This document shows, in pieces, positions 36,661 through 49,385 of a stretch of DNA of 64,000 bases. The DNA is from Vicugna vicugna. Its lineage: Eukaryota. The notes beneath the pieces are model-generated. The model worked only from the letters and a program-made list of their open reading frames with translations, had not been told where the DNA came from and did no database searches. The translations under genes were made by a program, and so were the position numbers. Positions within the stretch are counted from its first letter, which is position 1, and each line of letters starts with the position of its first letter. The DNA is taken from assembly GCA_013265495.1 (NCBI GenBank), contig MU061578.1, forward strand, positions 1,683,308 through 1,747,307. The letters run 5' to 3'.

Positions 36661-37140
36661 GGTAATATAGTAGGATATAGTTGTGAAACAAGTCCTAAGC
36701 TACAGCTGAATAAATGCAAAGACAGAACCCTGGCATATCTATGCTTTCATATAACAACACAGAAACAGATTTAACATCCATGACTAGTTTACAACTAGTA
36801 AGATGGATTGAGGTGGCTAAATCCAAGCACTCACGAGCTGTTACTATCACCACCTGGATCGAAAGTTACCATTTTAACATACTCACTCCTCACCTACCGG
36901 GGAGGCCCACGATGGGATACATTCTCTAGAGCAAACAGCCAGCCCTGCCCTGGTTGCAGGAATTCCAGCTATAGACAATGTCTAAATCAGGTTTCTATAT
37001 ACAGATATTTAACATGAATGATAATAGAATAATAAAGCACTCCCTAAACACATGTCTGTTTGCCCGGCACAAAGTAAATGCTTAATGAGTGTTTGCTGAC
37101 TACCGGGCTTACCGTGTGCCAGGCTTGAGCAGGAAACAGA

Positions 37141-37700
37141 GCTTACTTACTCTGGGTCATTTTGCTGCCTAGAATTTCAGGCGGAATCGTAAAGCCTCCC
37201 TCACTAGCAAGATGGGAGTTATTCACCTGCCAACAGCTTATTCTTCGTGAGATACAATATAGGACTGTGAGGTTCCCATCTGCTATTCGACAGATCTCAA
37301 CCGAAAAGGGGGGGGGGATCCTTACTTCCATTCCGTGAACCTGTGGGGTAAGAGGGCATTTCGGGATGGCTGCGGGATCCTTTCAGCAGGAAGCTCAAAA
37401 TTCCAATTCTAAGGAGCCCCACTGTAATCTTACCCCAATGTTATGCATTCACCTGAAACGTTCGAAGGTGAGGAAACAAAAGAAAGGGAAACCGATGTGA
37501 ACGCTGCCAGAGGCGGCGCGCTTCTGCTGGGGAGCGAGCCTGAAACAGGAGGCTTGAATCTGCTTTTTCCTCCCGGGTGGGCCCCCAGCGCTCGCCCCTC
37601 CGAGCAGGTGCAGCCCGTCTCACCCAGGGCTGGCATCCTTTATAAAGCTACATCTTTCCCGCATAGCACGGCCTCTGCAAACCAACACCCAGTCTGTTGC
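37141..37700 (-). promoter_or_regulatory. CpG-enriched patch with minus-strand splice donors; candidate alternative first exon/promoter
   Basis: Donors AGA|GTAAGT (intron start 37150) and GAA|GTAAGG (37325). Palindromic CTTTATAAAG at 37638-37647. Local CpG cluster ~37490-37620. Confidence 0.4.
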
Positions 37701-39685
37701 TCAAAGAAGGAAATGCATTTCGGAGCTGGAGGAAAAGCTTGGCTGTGTTGGTCTCTTAAACAGGTGCTATGAGGCTTCAATTTGAGCCCTTTTGAAGGGC
37801 CTCTCATTCGGAATATTTGACTCCATGTCCTGGTTGTATCTTCAGAACTTCACTGCCATGTGAGAGGCCAGGATTTTATGAGTTATTAGGACATGTTGCT
37901 TTTGCCACAGACCTCTGGGTATCACTTTATTTTCCCAAGTACTTTTCTAGATTTTACTCCAACACATTCTTTTCTCCTGTCACCCTACTGTCCTGTGTAT
38001 CAAGAATCTCCAATGTGCTCTTGACAAAACCACACCCTGACCTTGTCATACCTGACGCCCACATTCATGCACTGCACACTCTTCCTGTCTGTAGTTCTTG
38101 CTGCTCCCGTGGTAGGAGAGGCCCTTCTCAAGGTCAAAAAACATACCCTGGACCACTTCCAAAGACTGGGACTTCCAGTCCACGAGAAAAGTTAGAGGGA
38201 AGAGGAGGAGACAACTGAGCAAGAGAAGAAAAATTAGACCCATTTAAAAAGACTGTGCTGAATATTTTAATGTTTTCTCTCACACACACACACACACACA
38301 CAATAAAATTATTTTGTCTTTGCCCATGCAAAACCCTCCAAAAGTCATTTAAGGGCTATTTAACAGATGAGAATGTGGCAAAATAACTCTCTGTTAGAAT
38401 AGTTCATAAAACAGAAGGTATGGGACCAGCCACCATTTGAGTGACAATGACATGTCACTCATGATTTCCAGAATGGATGCCGTTCTTCATCCCGGAATGC
38501 CCTCTTATCCCACATGCTCACATCCCACTGTAGAGGGCCACATCCTAAACCATAAATGTGCTCTTTACAAAATCATTTTAGGAGCTGTCAAAAAAAAAAT
38601 CATCAATTTGTACACAACAGGCAGTGTGGTCCAGCCGTGGGACACAAGTTTAAAGTTGTAGGATGAGTTGCAATCCTGATTACTCCAATTCTGCCAGTAT
38701 ATCTGGGTGACTTACTGGAAGTCCTTATTGGCTGAAAAATTAGACACCTAAACTATAGGCCCTTCCTAACCCAGAGACATAAGCCAAACGGCCCTCTGAC
38801 ATTCTCAACCACCACAGTGCGGGAGGGCTGGATATCTACCTTGTGCAATAAAGAGCTACTTCAAGGAAGTGTCCCTTCGCAGAGTAAAAAAAACACCATC
38901 CCACCCCACACGTACCCTTTTACCCCCGGCTGCCACCCACCCTCCCCTCAGGCCTGGACACAAACAAACTCGGTTTCTTTGGTACTTCTTTTTTCTTATC
39001 TCAAAAGGTGAAGGATGCTCTGGCCCTAAGATGGCCATTAGAAACATTAAAAAAAAAAAAAAAGAAAGCTTATTCTGAGATTTCCCCCATTAACCCTTTA
39101 TTGACCATGCTCTACAATCTTGACAAAGGCAGATCAGTTGGATAATCAAACTCAAGAACTTTACAGAAAAGTGGAAAACACCTTTGGGTGGGGTTATATT
39201 TTACGGCTCTGCAAAATTTCCCTCATAGGCACGACTAACTGATGGCAGAGGAAAATCTAAGCCTTCTCCCTAGAGTTCCACAGCCGTAGCTGGCAGACTC
39301 TGGGGCGTCTGCGTGGTGTTTGTCTCGTGCCTTCTCTCAAACATCCCGGTGCATTTGCCTTCCCCTACCTATATATTAGTTTGTTTTTAGTATAAGACAT
39401 AACACCTTTCTTCCAAAAGCTCTGAGCAAAATTGATGCTGCAGGAAACAAGCTCTATTTACTCAACAGTGAAGGATCCCTATATCTCACCGAACTGCATT
39501 TCTAGGAGGTAAAAACACTGCAGTTTAGGAAGCCCAGTTACTATAAAGTCACCTTGGCTGGACATTTATGTATGACACTGTATTAAATAGGAATAAAAAT
39601 TATTATTATAATAACAGTAACAACACTATTAAGCACAAGCACTATATTAAATGTAACTTAAGTTCCTGCTAGTGCTACACGACCT

Positions 39686-40334
39686 GAGGATGTTCACTGC
39701 AGCATTATTCACAACGGCCAAGATTTGCTAACAATCTAAGTGTCCACTGATGGATGAGTGGGTAAGGAACATGTGATTGATACACACACACACCCCCACA
39801 CACACACAGAGCAGGATATTATTCAGCCTTAAAAACAAAGGGCGTCCTGCCATTTGCAACAACACGATGGACCTAGAGGACACTATGTGAGGTGAAATAA
39901 GACAGACACAGAAGGACAAACGCTGCGTGAGCCCACTCTTATGAGGACTCCAAAATACTCAAACTCATAGAACCAGAGAGCAGAACAGGGCTGGGAGGAC
40001 AAGTGGAGACGCTGGTCAAAGGGCAGAAAGTTTCAGGTATAGAAGATGAGCAACTTTTTGAGATCTCATGGCAACACAACGCCTATAATGAACAATACTG
40101 TATTGTATATTTTGTTAAGACTTCTGTTAAGTCTTACCACAAAAGAAAAAAATATTTAAAAATATCAGAGGGCAGGAGGAGGCTTTTGGAGGTGACGGAT
40201 GAGTTTAAGGTCTTGATGGTGGTGATGATTTCACAGGTGTGCACTTACCTCCAAACTCACGAATTTCTATATATTAAATATGTACTTTTTTGGTATGTCA
40301 ATCATACCTCAATAAAGTGGTTTAAAAAATAAAA
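39686..40334 (+). mobile_element. Old L1 (L1MB-like) 3' end
   Basis: atgttcactgcagcattattcacaa...tgccatttgcaacaacacgatggacctagaggac...cctcaataaagtggtttaaaaa. Confidence 0.9.
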
Positions 40335-40751
40335 CTAGATCAGTTAAACCTTATTACATTGTAAAATGTAACTCATGCACCTATTAATATAGATGGTTAA
40401 ACCAACTGCATTTAATTACACAAGAGTCAACACAGAATGAGAACGTGGTACCCAGATAAGGACGACTCAGGGTCCTGTATCTCTCTGCCTAGAAATCAGA
40501 GTCCATTGCTTTTTTTTTTTCCTTCAATTATTCTACAGTCACATTGCTAGATTCTAAGTATTAGTGTCCGCATAAAACAGCATGCTATTATTCAGAGTAA
40601 GAGAGCCCAGCCTAGTTCAAAATATCTTATGAAGATAAAAAGACACACACACCCCGCCATGTTCATAGCAGCACTATGTATAAGAGCCAAGACGTGGTAG
40701 CAACCTAAGTGTCCATCGGGGGATGACTGGATAGAGAAGTTGTTATATATT

Positions 40752-40754
<3 letters not shown>

Positions 40755-40796
<42 letters not shown>
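40755..40796 (+). repeat. (AC)21 microsatellite
   Basis: Perfect dinucleotide run. Confidence 0.97.
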
Positions 40797-40799
<3 letters not shown>

Positions 40800-40938
40800 G
40801 GAATATCATTCAGGCACAAAAAGATGAGGAAATCCTATTTGTGACAATATGGATGAATCTTGAGAGCATTATATGCTAAACAAAAAGAGAAAAACAAATA
40901 CTGCAGCGTTTTTAACACAAAAGTAACCTGTGGAATCT

Positions 40939-41088
40939 GAAGGAAAGAGAGAAAGAGAGAGAGAGGAAGGGAGGAAGGGAAGAAGGAAGGAAGGGAGGAA
41001 GGGGGAAATGAAAGGAAAGGAAAGGAAAGGAAGAAAGAGAGAGAGAGAGAGAGAGGGAGGAAGGAAGGAAGGAAGAAAAAAAAGAAAA
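40939..41088 (+). repeat. (GA/GGAA)n polypurine tract
   Basis: About 150 nt of almost pure purine. Confidence 0.95.
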
Positions 41089-41659
41089 ACTCAAAGGAAA
41101 AGAGATCAGACTTGAGGTTACCAGGGGTGAAGCGTCAGGGCAGGGAAATTAGATGAAGGTAGTCAAAAGACACAAACTTCCAGTTATAAGACAGATGAGT
41201 ACTAGGGGTGTAATGTACAGCGTGGTAACCACAGCTAACACACGTGTTTGATATACAGGAAAGCTGTTAAGAGAGTAAATCCTACGAGTGCCCATCACAA
41301 GGAAAAATTGTTTGTCCTTTTTTCCTCTTCTTTCTTTTCTTTTTATTGTAACTAGGAGGGGAGATGGATATATCTGAACCTATTGTGGTGATCATTTCAC
41401 AATACATGTTAATGAAACCATCAGGCTGTACACCCTAAATTTATACAGTGATGTCAACGATGTCTCCTTCAACTGGGAAAAAAATACCTTAGAGAGAGCG
41501 TCACAAGGATGAAACTGAGACCTGAGCCTCTCTGGTGCACATCAGGCACATTCCAGACCCCTCGACTGCCGGTCCCTGAGAGACTCGTCTGATGGAACTG
41601 GAACAGGACAGAGGAGAGAGAGGATACATCCAGTCACCGCACACCCAGCAACCATCAGC

Positions 41660-41878
41660 TCAAAGTCAGACATGACTAAGTTTGAAGTCTTGGCTCTGAG
41701 AAGTTCTAAGAAATTTGTCAAGTTTATTTAAATCCTCCTGAACACCTGTTTCCTCACCTCTAAAATGGGTTTAATACCAACCCATTCAGATGGCTGCTGA
41801 GAGGATTATAAAGTTAAATAACATATGTTAAAGTACCTAGCAGAGTAACTGGGATCTAGTAGGCAGTTTTAAATGTTT
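41660..41878 (+). mobile_element. MIR SINE
   Basis: ctgtttcctcacctctaaaatggg...gctgagaggatta...aaagtacctagcagag. Confidence 0.75.
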
Positions 41879-42096
41879 GAAAAAGAAGCCAATGATGTTA
41901 AGATGCACTCCTGAAGATTATAACCACTGATGGTTTTGGATTCTTTTTTATCATTTCTTTTTTTTTTTGGTTAAGCTAAGAATTTGCTAGAAAGTTTAAA
42001 GGATACACACACACACACTCATTCACTCACAAATAGACATAATTTTCAGGTCTTTTGTTGGTACACAAACAACTCAACTCAAACTTCAGTTTAAAT

Positions 42097-42252
42097 CAGG
42101 AGGCAGTAAACTTTTTTTTTTTTCCTGTCAAGACCCAGATAGCAAGTATTTTCTGCTTGTGGTCATATGGCTTCTATTGCAACTACTCACGTCCAGCCTT
42201 TTTAGCACAAAAGTAACCAGAGACAATATGGAGACAACTGAGCACGGTTTCA
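42097..42252 (-). mobile_element. MER58A-like hAT fragment
   Basis: cagg...aaactttttt...cccagatagcaagtatttt...tgcaactactca. Confidence 0.7.
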
Positions 42253-42326
42253 ATACTGTCGCTTAGGGGCATATAGATTTCCATAAGCGAGAAGGCTCTG
42301 GTACGAATGTACGTTAAAAGTGCAGG

Positions 42327-42407
42327 GAAACTGAATCACTTTGCTGTACAGCTGAAATTAACATTCTAAATCAACTAAACTTCAACTAAAAAAAAGAAAT
42401 TTTTTTT
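42327..42407 (+). mobile_element. ~80-bp young L1 3' tip with 10-bp TSD
   Basis: aactgaatcactttgctgtacagctgaaattaac...cttcaactaaaaaaaa. TSD aaagtgcagg at 42317-42326 and 42408-42417. Confidence 0.85.
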
Positions 42408-43569
42408 AAAGTGCAGGTGAAGATACTGCCCTTTTCCTTTCTATGTAGATTTTGGAAACTGAGTCCTAGGAAGCCGAGGACTGAGTCCAACTGCCAAACG
42501 CTTTCAGTGCAGACATGAAAAGAAAAGACATCCAGCAAAGCCTGGAATTCAATCCGCCATGCCATCTTGACTTCTAGGCTCATCGACAAGGCCAAGATAA
42601 AGGATAGTGCCCTTAGGTGCAGAAAACACAATGAGAGAACCTTTCATCTCCCTATCAAGGAAAACAAACAAATAAACCACCAGCATAAAACTCACTCCAC
42701 CGCTTTTCTGATTTTTCCAAAATCACCTACGCTAGCGCCATTCTGCAAACATATCAAGTGTGAGACCACCACTTTGGGTAAAAACCTACTCATAAAAACA
42801 AGCAAACAAACAAGAGGATGGAGTCATAAAGGCTCTCTGGCACAAAGGATGTGGGAATTAACACACGTCCACCTTCTCCCATTTGGTTTTGGTCGATGAT
42901 TGTATTCTTTGCTACGTTCAAGGTTCTTAACACTTGCCAAAAAATTTTTTTTAAAAAGGAATCATAAAGGAATTCTGTAAGAGCAGCTCTTGCATCTGGG
43001 ACCACGGCTGTTGGATTTGGAGAATATTTTACATACACTCTCTAGTTCTTACTCTTCATGACAATCAGGCTACAGGTGAGAGACTGTGCCCATTATGCCC
43101 ATTTTACCAAATAACACGTGGACTCACCAGGTAAGCAGCACACCTCGAGGTACCAGAACTAATGAATGCCAGCTTTCCAACCCACCCCGGCATCTTTCTC
43201 TTAAAGGCTCAGTTCTCCCTCTGCCATACAGCAACTGCCTCTTTACCATGCAACGCTATCCAGTCAACGTGGCTTAAACAAACAGTGCGGGAAGGAGAAA
43301 AGGTGAAATAGATTCAGCGAAGTGATTAATGCTGGCGCTGAGTAATTAATGTTTTGGATATGATCCGTAATCCATATGGAAGGTGTAATCAAAGTACGAG
43401 AGGTGACCTACCCACTCGAGGGTGAACCTTTGCAAAATACTAACTAGGCCAGTGATTTTAGGGCTGAACCTTCACTGAGGAGCTGTTTCCTTTATGTTAA
43501 AAAAAAGTTGCACGAGGTGGGTGGGGTGTGAAAATGTATCATTGACCTTCCTTTAAATGTCAGGCCAAT

Positions 43570-43925
43570 GCATGGTTAGACAAATTTTTTAATCAGTCCC
43601 TTACAAACACATATTAAATTTGGGTATGAATTTGATATTATAAATGATGTTTTTGTGCAGTGATGCGGCTGTTTTCAAAAGATGAACCAACTGTAATATT
43701 TGTGCTATAGAATTAATTGATAAGAGGCACTGCTGGATTGGATAAACTGTAATATATATATATTTTTTCCAAAGGTTATACCAGTTTATATTTCACCGCC
43801 AGTGTATGAGGATTTTGTTAAATCAAAGTCATGCCAAAATTGGCTACCAGCAATTTTGTTAATTTTGTCCAATCTAAGATGTAAAAATGGAATCTCATTG
43901 TTATTTTAATTATCTTTCTCTGGAC
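43570..43925 (-). mobile_element. Ancient L1 (L1ME-like) fragment
   Basis: tccaaaggttataccagtttata...ccagtgtatgagga...aaaatggaatctcattgttattttaatt. Confidence 0.65.
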
Positions 43926-44329
43926 ACCAACATTTAGGTGCAGCAATTAAAGCTGGCTCCGACTTGGGTGGAAGAGTTGCCATCACCCCAGTGGCTAGAA
44001 TTTGATCAAAGACTGGTGACAATGACAAGAGAGCATGCAGCAATGACTCCATCTAAAGGGTTGAATGAATTTTCAGAAATAACATGGCAGTTTGAGTCAC
44101 AATGAATAAAGTGCAGTGAACAGCACTAGTTTTGAATTATCAAGGGGACACCCCCTTCCTTCTGGTAATAGCTTTTAATTTTTTCTCAAAATCCTTCTCT
44201 CAGGGATCATGAACCTTCAGTCTGGGTGGTTCCTGCAGAGGTGACTTTATCCCTAGTTCATGGCAGGCATGCATGTTAGCCTTGCTGTTGAGAAACTCAC
44301 AACTCCCTGACAAGGGGGGTTGCTCCGGT

Positions 44330-44628
44330 GATGTGCATGCAACCCAGTGTTTTACACTGAGGCTGTTCAGAGAATAAGATGACACCTGGGGCAGTTAGGA
44401 AGCACCTTCCCACTTCGTAATGGTGAAGCCAACCCAAACATGGCAGTCAGAGCCCGGTGACAGAGAGTGAGACCTGGTGCTGGTGACATCGTCTGAGCTT
44501 CTAGATCCTGTAAACTCAGAGCACTTCCCAGAGTTTTCAGTTCTGAAACTTAACAGTCTTCCTTTTTGCTTACATCAGCTTGGGTCGGATTTCTGTCCCT
44601 CACGCCCAACAGAAAACTAACTAGTACA
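44330..44628 (+). mobile_element. MaLR LTR (MLT1J/K-like)
   Basis: tgaagccaacc...ctggtgacatcgtctgagcttctagatc...cagcttgggtcggatttctgtc...ctaactagtaca. Confidence 0.7.
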
Positions 44629-45059
44629 ACAGTTCAAAAAGCTTCTGACCCCAAACATTACCTGACCAACACTTCAGAGCAGGGAATTCTTGTCACTCCT
44701 GTGTCCTTTCACAGCATCATGCCAAGGCTGAAGGGCACTCATGAGAAAACTCTAATACACAACAGGAAATGGCTGAATGGAACAAATAAAAAGTGCAGAA
44801 ATGGGATGCATGTATACAAATATATATATACACACACATAAATACACACATGTTAGTAGAAACAGTGAAAGAGTAAATAAATGGTGTTGGGTCAGTTGAA
44901 TAATAATTTCAAGAAAAAAAACGTACGTTAGACTTTATGCTTTTGAAAAAGCAAATTCCAGGCAAGTTTTAAAAACCTAAAGATAAAGCGTAAAAATATA
45001 AGTGGCCCTTTTTAAAAAAGTTGGAGGAGGAATAACTCCTACATCAGTAAGAAGAGTGA

Positions 45060-45216
45060 GGGGGGTAGGTATGGCTCAGTGGTAGAGTGCGTGCTTAGCA
45101 TGCACAAGGTCCTGGGTTCAATCCCCAGTATCTCCATCAAAAGATAAATAAATAAACCTAATTACCAACCCCCCCAAAATGATGTAAGAAAGTTTTAAAA
45201 ATAAGTTTAAAAAAAA
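45060..45216 (+). mobile_element. tRNA-Ala-derived SINE (camelid Vic-1 type)
   Basis: ggggg...gtatggctcagtggtagagtgcgtgcttagcatgcacaaggtcctgggttcaatccccagtatctcca, with A box ~45072 and B box ~45115, followed by an AT-rich tail. Confidence 0.88.
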
Positions 45217-45219
45217 TGA

Positions 45220-46150
45220 TCACACAAAGATTAATGTTTTCCCTGGCAAAAGATCCTGTAGATAAAGTCAAAAGGATTAATGATAGCATGAGTTTATAAC
45301 AAGCATACCTGACAGCTGTGAACAGCTGTAGTGTACCGAGAATTCCTACAATTTAACAAGCAAAAAGATAAGCTGACTGAACATGGAAAGACTGTGGGTA
45401 AGTGATTCACACAGAAGGAAAGACACTTTGTATTACAAGTAGTCAGGAAAATGCAAATTAAAACCATAAAATACCATGTGCCACACTTACACTCGACAAC
45501 TTTTAAAAGCTTACTAATATCCAATGGTGGCCAGGCAGTTTACAGTCTTGGGAAGATTGAAAATTGATCTAGTGTTTTTAGATTAAAAACCTGATCATAT
45601 TTGTTGAAATTAAAAGTCTGCTCCACTTTCACTAATGATTCCATTTCTGGGAATTTATCCAGCAGAAAGAAAAAGTACCAGAACTAAAGAAGTATATATA
45701 AATGTTTATCCCAGCAATGCTGATTTTATTGGGAGACAAAACAAACAAATTCAAAGCAGAAATAATCTAAAGGCTCTCAACGGGAGAATAGCTGGACACA
45801 TTCTGGTGCGCCCATATTATGAAATACTATGCAGCTGTTACAAAGGACCAGGTTGACTCTTAATGCTGACACGTAAAGAGGCTAATCATGTCATATGAGA
45901 AAGGCAAGTTACTCAATAAAATGTAGAGTATAAGCCCATCTTTAGAATATATATGTGTGAACATGTATATTTGTATTAGCAAAGGAGAGAAAAGCAAAGA
46001 ACACAAACCAATGGATAAATGGGAATTCCATCACTCCTGGGGTGATATTGGAGGACTGAAGGGGTAGACAGAGAGGGGGCCACCTATTAGTTTTGCTTTA
46101 GATAGTTCTGTGTTATGTTAATAGCTTCAAAAGCCATGTAATCCTTTTTC
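45220..46150 (+). mobile_element. Ancient L1 (L1ME-like), continuing from ~44830 across the SINE
   Basis: agtagtcaggaaaatgcaaattaaaaccataaaatacca...attccatttctgggaatttatcc...atgaaatactatgcagctgtta. Confidence 0.72.
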
Positions 46151-46799
46151 CTTCAAACGACTAACGTAGACATTTTTTTAAAAGGATACAATGGCCCCTG
46201 GAATTTTCAATTAGAATTTTTTTTTCAAAGAAAACAGAGAGGAAAGGTAGTCAATCTCATAACCCTTCTGCCCGGTTTTCATTTGTTCTTTGCCTCTAGG
46301 AAAAGGCACCCTGTGAAAACATGAAATATGCAAGTCCCTTGGCATTAATCCAGGTGGAGCTCGCCCCACTGAAAGTTAATACGGGCTGCTTAGCAAAGCA
46401 TAATTAAATGCACCGAACAACTAAAATATCCATATAATTACCACAAAGCTGATATAATTGCAAACATCCTTTTATTAGATGATATTATTGTCCCTACATA
46501 AACACAAAGATAGCTGCGACAGAGCAGTCCTCCCAGCTCTTTGATTCACCTAAAATTATCCGATTAATCTGCAGATTGCAACTAGGAAGAAAATAATCTT
46601 CTATTCAAAATCTTTGTCAAAACAGAATCGAGTTATTAAATTCCTATGTGGAGACACAGCCATTCCCTACTGAGAGAAAAGGGAAAAGAAGAAAGAAAAA
46701 GAAAAAGAATTGAAATTCCAGACTATTTTTTTTCTGTTTTATCTAGCTAGGCAAGTGTTACAGGTGGATTATTTGTTGAAATGTTGTTTTTAATCTTAG

Positions 46800-47693
46800 T
46801 TTGAGACTTTATTATTTAGAGAAGTTTTAGGTTTATACCGACATTGAGAGCAAGGAACAGCAACTTCTCGTATACCCCCTGAACCCCGCCACATACATAG
46901 CTTTCCCCACCATCAACACCCGACACCCGAGTGGTATGTTCGTAACCACTGTTGAACCTAGACAAATCATTATCACCCAAAGTCTGTAATTTAACTTATG
47001 GTTCACTCTTGGTATACATCCTATAGGTCTGGACAACTGTACGTATAATGATACATGTCCATCACCATAGGATCAAACAGAGTAGTTTCACTGCCTAAAA
47101 ACCCTCTGTTCTCCTGTTCACACTCCCTCCCCCACTACTCCCTGGCAATCACTGATCTTTCTATCGTCTCCATAGGTTTGCCTTTTCCAGCACACCGTAC
47201 CGTTGGAATCATACGGTATGTAGCCTTTTCATGTTGGCTTCTTTCACTTAGTAATGTGCGTTTAAGTTCCCTGCATGTCTTTCATGACTTGATAGCTCAT
47301 TTCATTTCATGCTGAATAGCACTCCCTTATCAGGATGGACCAAAGCTTACTGACCCATTCACCTACTCAAGGACATCTTGGTTCCTTCCATGTTTTGGCA
47401 GTCGTGTATAAAGCTATCCTGATACTCATGTGTAGGTTTTTGTGTGGATGTAAGTCCTCAGCTCCTTTCAGTAAATACCAAGGAGCATGGCCAGATCATA
47501 GGCGTGTGTACTGGTTTGTAAGGAGTCACCAAACTGTCTGACACAGTGGTTGTACCATTTTGCATTCCCACCAGCAAGGTGTGAGGCTTCCGCTGCTCCA
47601 CGTCCTTTCCAGCATTGCTTGGCAGTGTTCTGGATTTGGGCCATTCTAACTGATGCGTGGTGGTGTTTTGCTGCTGTTTTCACTTCCATTTCC
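46800..47693 (-). mobile_element. Old L1 (L1MC1-like) 3' end
   Basis: agttttaggtttat...atcattatcacccaaagtc...agagtagtttcactgcctaaaaaccctctg...gttgtaccattttgcattcccaccagca. Confidence 0.9.
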
Positions 47694-47800
47694 AAACGTT
47701 GTTCGTTTTTCCAAAAACAAAACAGAACACTGAACCTCAAATAAAAACAGCCTGAAAGATCATTGATGCAAACAACATTCAAGCCAATTATGGTAACCTA

Positions 47801-48162
47801 AGTCATGGGCTAAATTGTGTCCCTTTTAAAATTCATACGTTGAGGCCCTAACCCCTAGTATCGCAGACTAAGACTGTACTTGGGGCAGGGTCTTTAACTG
47901 AGTTACAGTGAGGTTGTATGGCTGGGCCCGAATCCAGCATGACCGTGTCCTTAGAAGAAGCGATGAGCGCACAGACAGCACAGAGGGGCGTCCGTGTGAA
48001 GACACAGGGAGAAGACGGCCACCTGAAAGTCATGGAGAAACCCACCCTGCTGACACCTGGATCTCGGCCCGCCAGCCCCCAGACCTGTGAGGAATAAATC
48101 TCTCTTCTTTAAGCCACTCAGTCTGTGGTATTTTGTCATGGGAGCCCCAGAAAACTGACACA
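47801..48162 (+). mobile_element. MaLR solo LTR (MLT1A/B-like)
   Basis: atgggctaaattgtgtccc...aaaattcatacgttgaggccctaacccc...aataaatctctcttctttaagccactcagtctgtggtattttgt...aaactgacaca. Confidence 0.9.
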
Positions 48163-49124
48163 GCCTGCATTACAGAATACTCCCAGCCACTACAAGAAGG
48201 AGCAAGATGTTAAAGTATTGGCCTTAAGGATGTTCATAACACACCATCTGGATATATGGCTGTCCCGCCACTCTTCGAAGATCCAAGAAGCACCAGAGAA
48301 AGGGGAAGCACAAAGACAAAGCTGCAGAGGACAATATTTTGGACAAGACTTGTAGGTCAGTAGTTGATCAGATACAAAGCAACTGTCTTCCTCAGGTGTC
48401 TTTCCCATTTCACATAGTTTATATAATTTTGAATCTGGCTCAAAACCCTGATGTACCTAAATTAACACTTAGGGGATAGAGGGAGAAGACATAAAATTAA
48501 AACTCTTTTGAAAGGATGACAGCATAAGCTGAATAAATAGCCTGAGTGTGTGTTTGTTTTTGTTTTGTTTTGTTTTTGTTCTTTTAAGCCCTGGTTTCTA
48601 AATTCCAGTTTCAAAAACACTAAGTTTCTAGTGGAATCTCAGTAGGTCACAAGAAGGAATACTTACCATTTCTAGTCCAGGAGGTACTTTGAGCGCTAGC
48701 CTCAGTCCTCTAATCACCACATCTTGGGGAGAACAGCAGCCATCCACAGCGGAGAGTGACTTTCACGCCCCAGGAATCCTGGGGGGCATGGCTAGAAGCA
48801 GGTTTGCAAGGGCAAAACGGCATTGGACATTATGTGCTTTGTCCTACAAATTCACATCCATTTTGCGCTCAACTCCACAGTACGTCTGAGACGGCTTTAA
48901 TGTAAAATAGCATTTACAATTCTTTCATGCCTTACTCCTAGGTCCAATGAGTGCTCCAAGCCATGGACTTGGCTTTTTCTGTGGTTTGAGGAGCCTCAGT
49001 ACATACTGTCATGGAGTTGGGGACAGTTTGGCAAGCTCAGGAGGTGATACTGGGCATCAATTCTTTTCTGACCCTGAAATACCAGCGGCCCACGCTTGCT
49101 TCTGAACAATGGATGAAGATGTGA

Positions 49125-49385
49125 GAATAAGAGCTAGCATGTGTGGCACCTGGCCCATCCCTGGTGCCATGCCAAGCCCTTTCTGTGCATTTTCTCACTT
49201 AGTCCTTCTAGTAAGTCAGTGAGTCTGGTACTATGACCATCCATGTTTTAAAGATGGCGACACTGAGGCTCAGAGGCATTAAATGTCTATTTTTCAAGGT
49301 CAAACCATTAGTAAATACAAGACAGCCAGGCTGTGAACTCGGGCAGGTCTGCAAATCCCCAACTCTTAACCACCATGCATGCTGT
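49125..49385 (-). mobile_element. MIR SINE
   Basis: agatggcgacactgaggctcagagg...caaggtca...actcttaaccaccatgc. Confidence 0.75.

Larger units (their letters stand above)
40635..41484 (+). mobile_element. L1 3' end (intermediate age) with internal (AC)21 and a purine tract
   Basis: atgttcatagcagcact...caacctaagtgtccatc...acaaacttccagttataag...tgtacaccctaaatttatacagtg. Possible TSD aaaatatctta (40619) / aaaatacctta (41481). Confidence 0.88.

Noticed and set aside
45060..45136. tRNA-Ala gene
   Set aside because: Extra 5' bases, CpG-decay substitutions and a SINE tail; it sits inside an L1.
48667..48843. 177-nt minus-strand exon candidate (tttgtag|...ATG|GTAAGT)
   Set aside because: Stops in all three frames and a poor polypyrimidine tract; a non-coding exon cannot be excluded.
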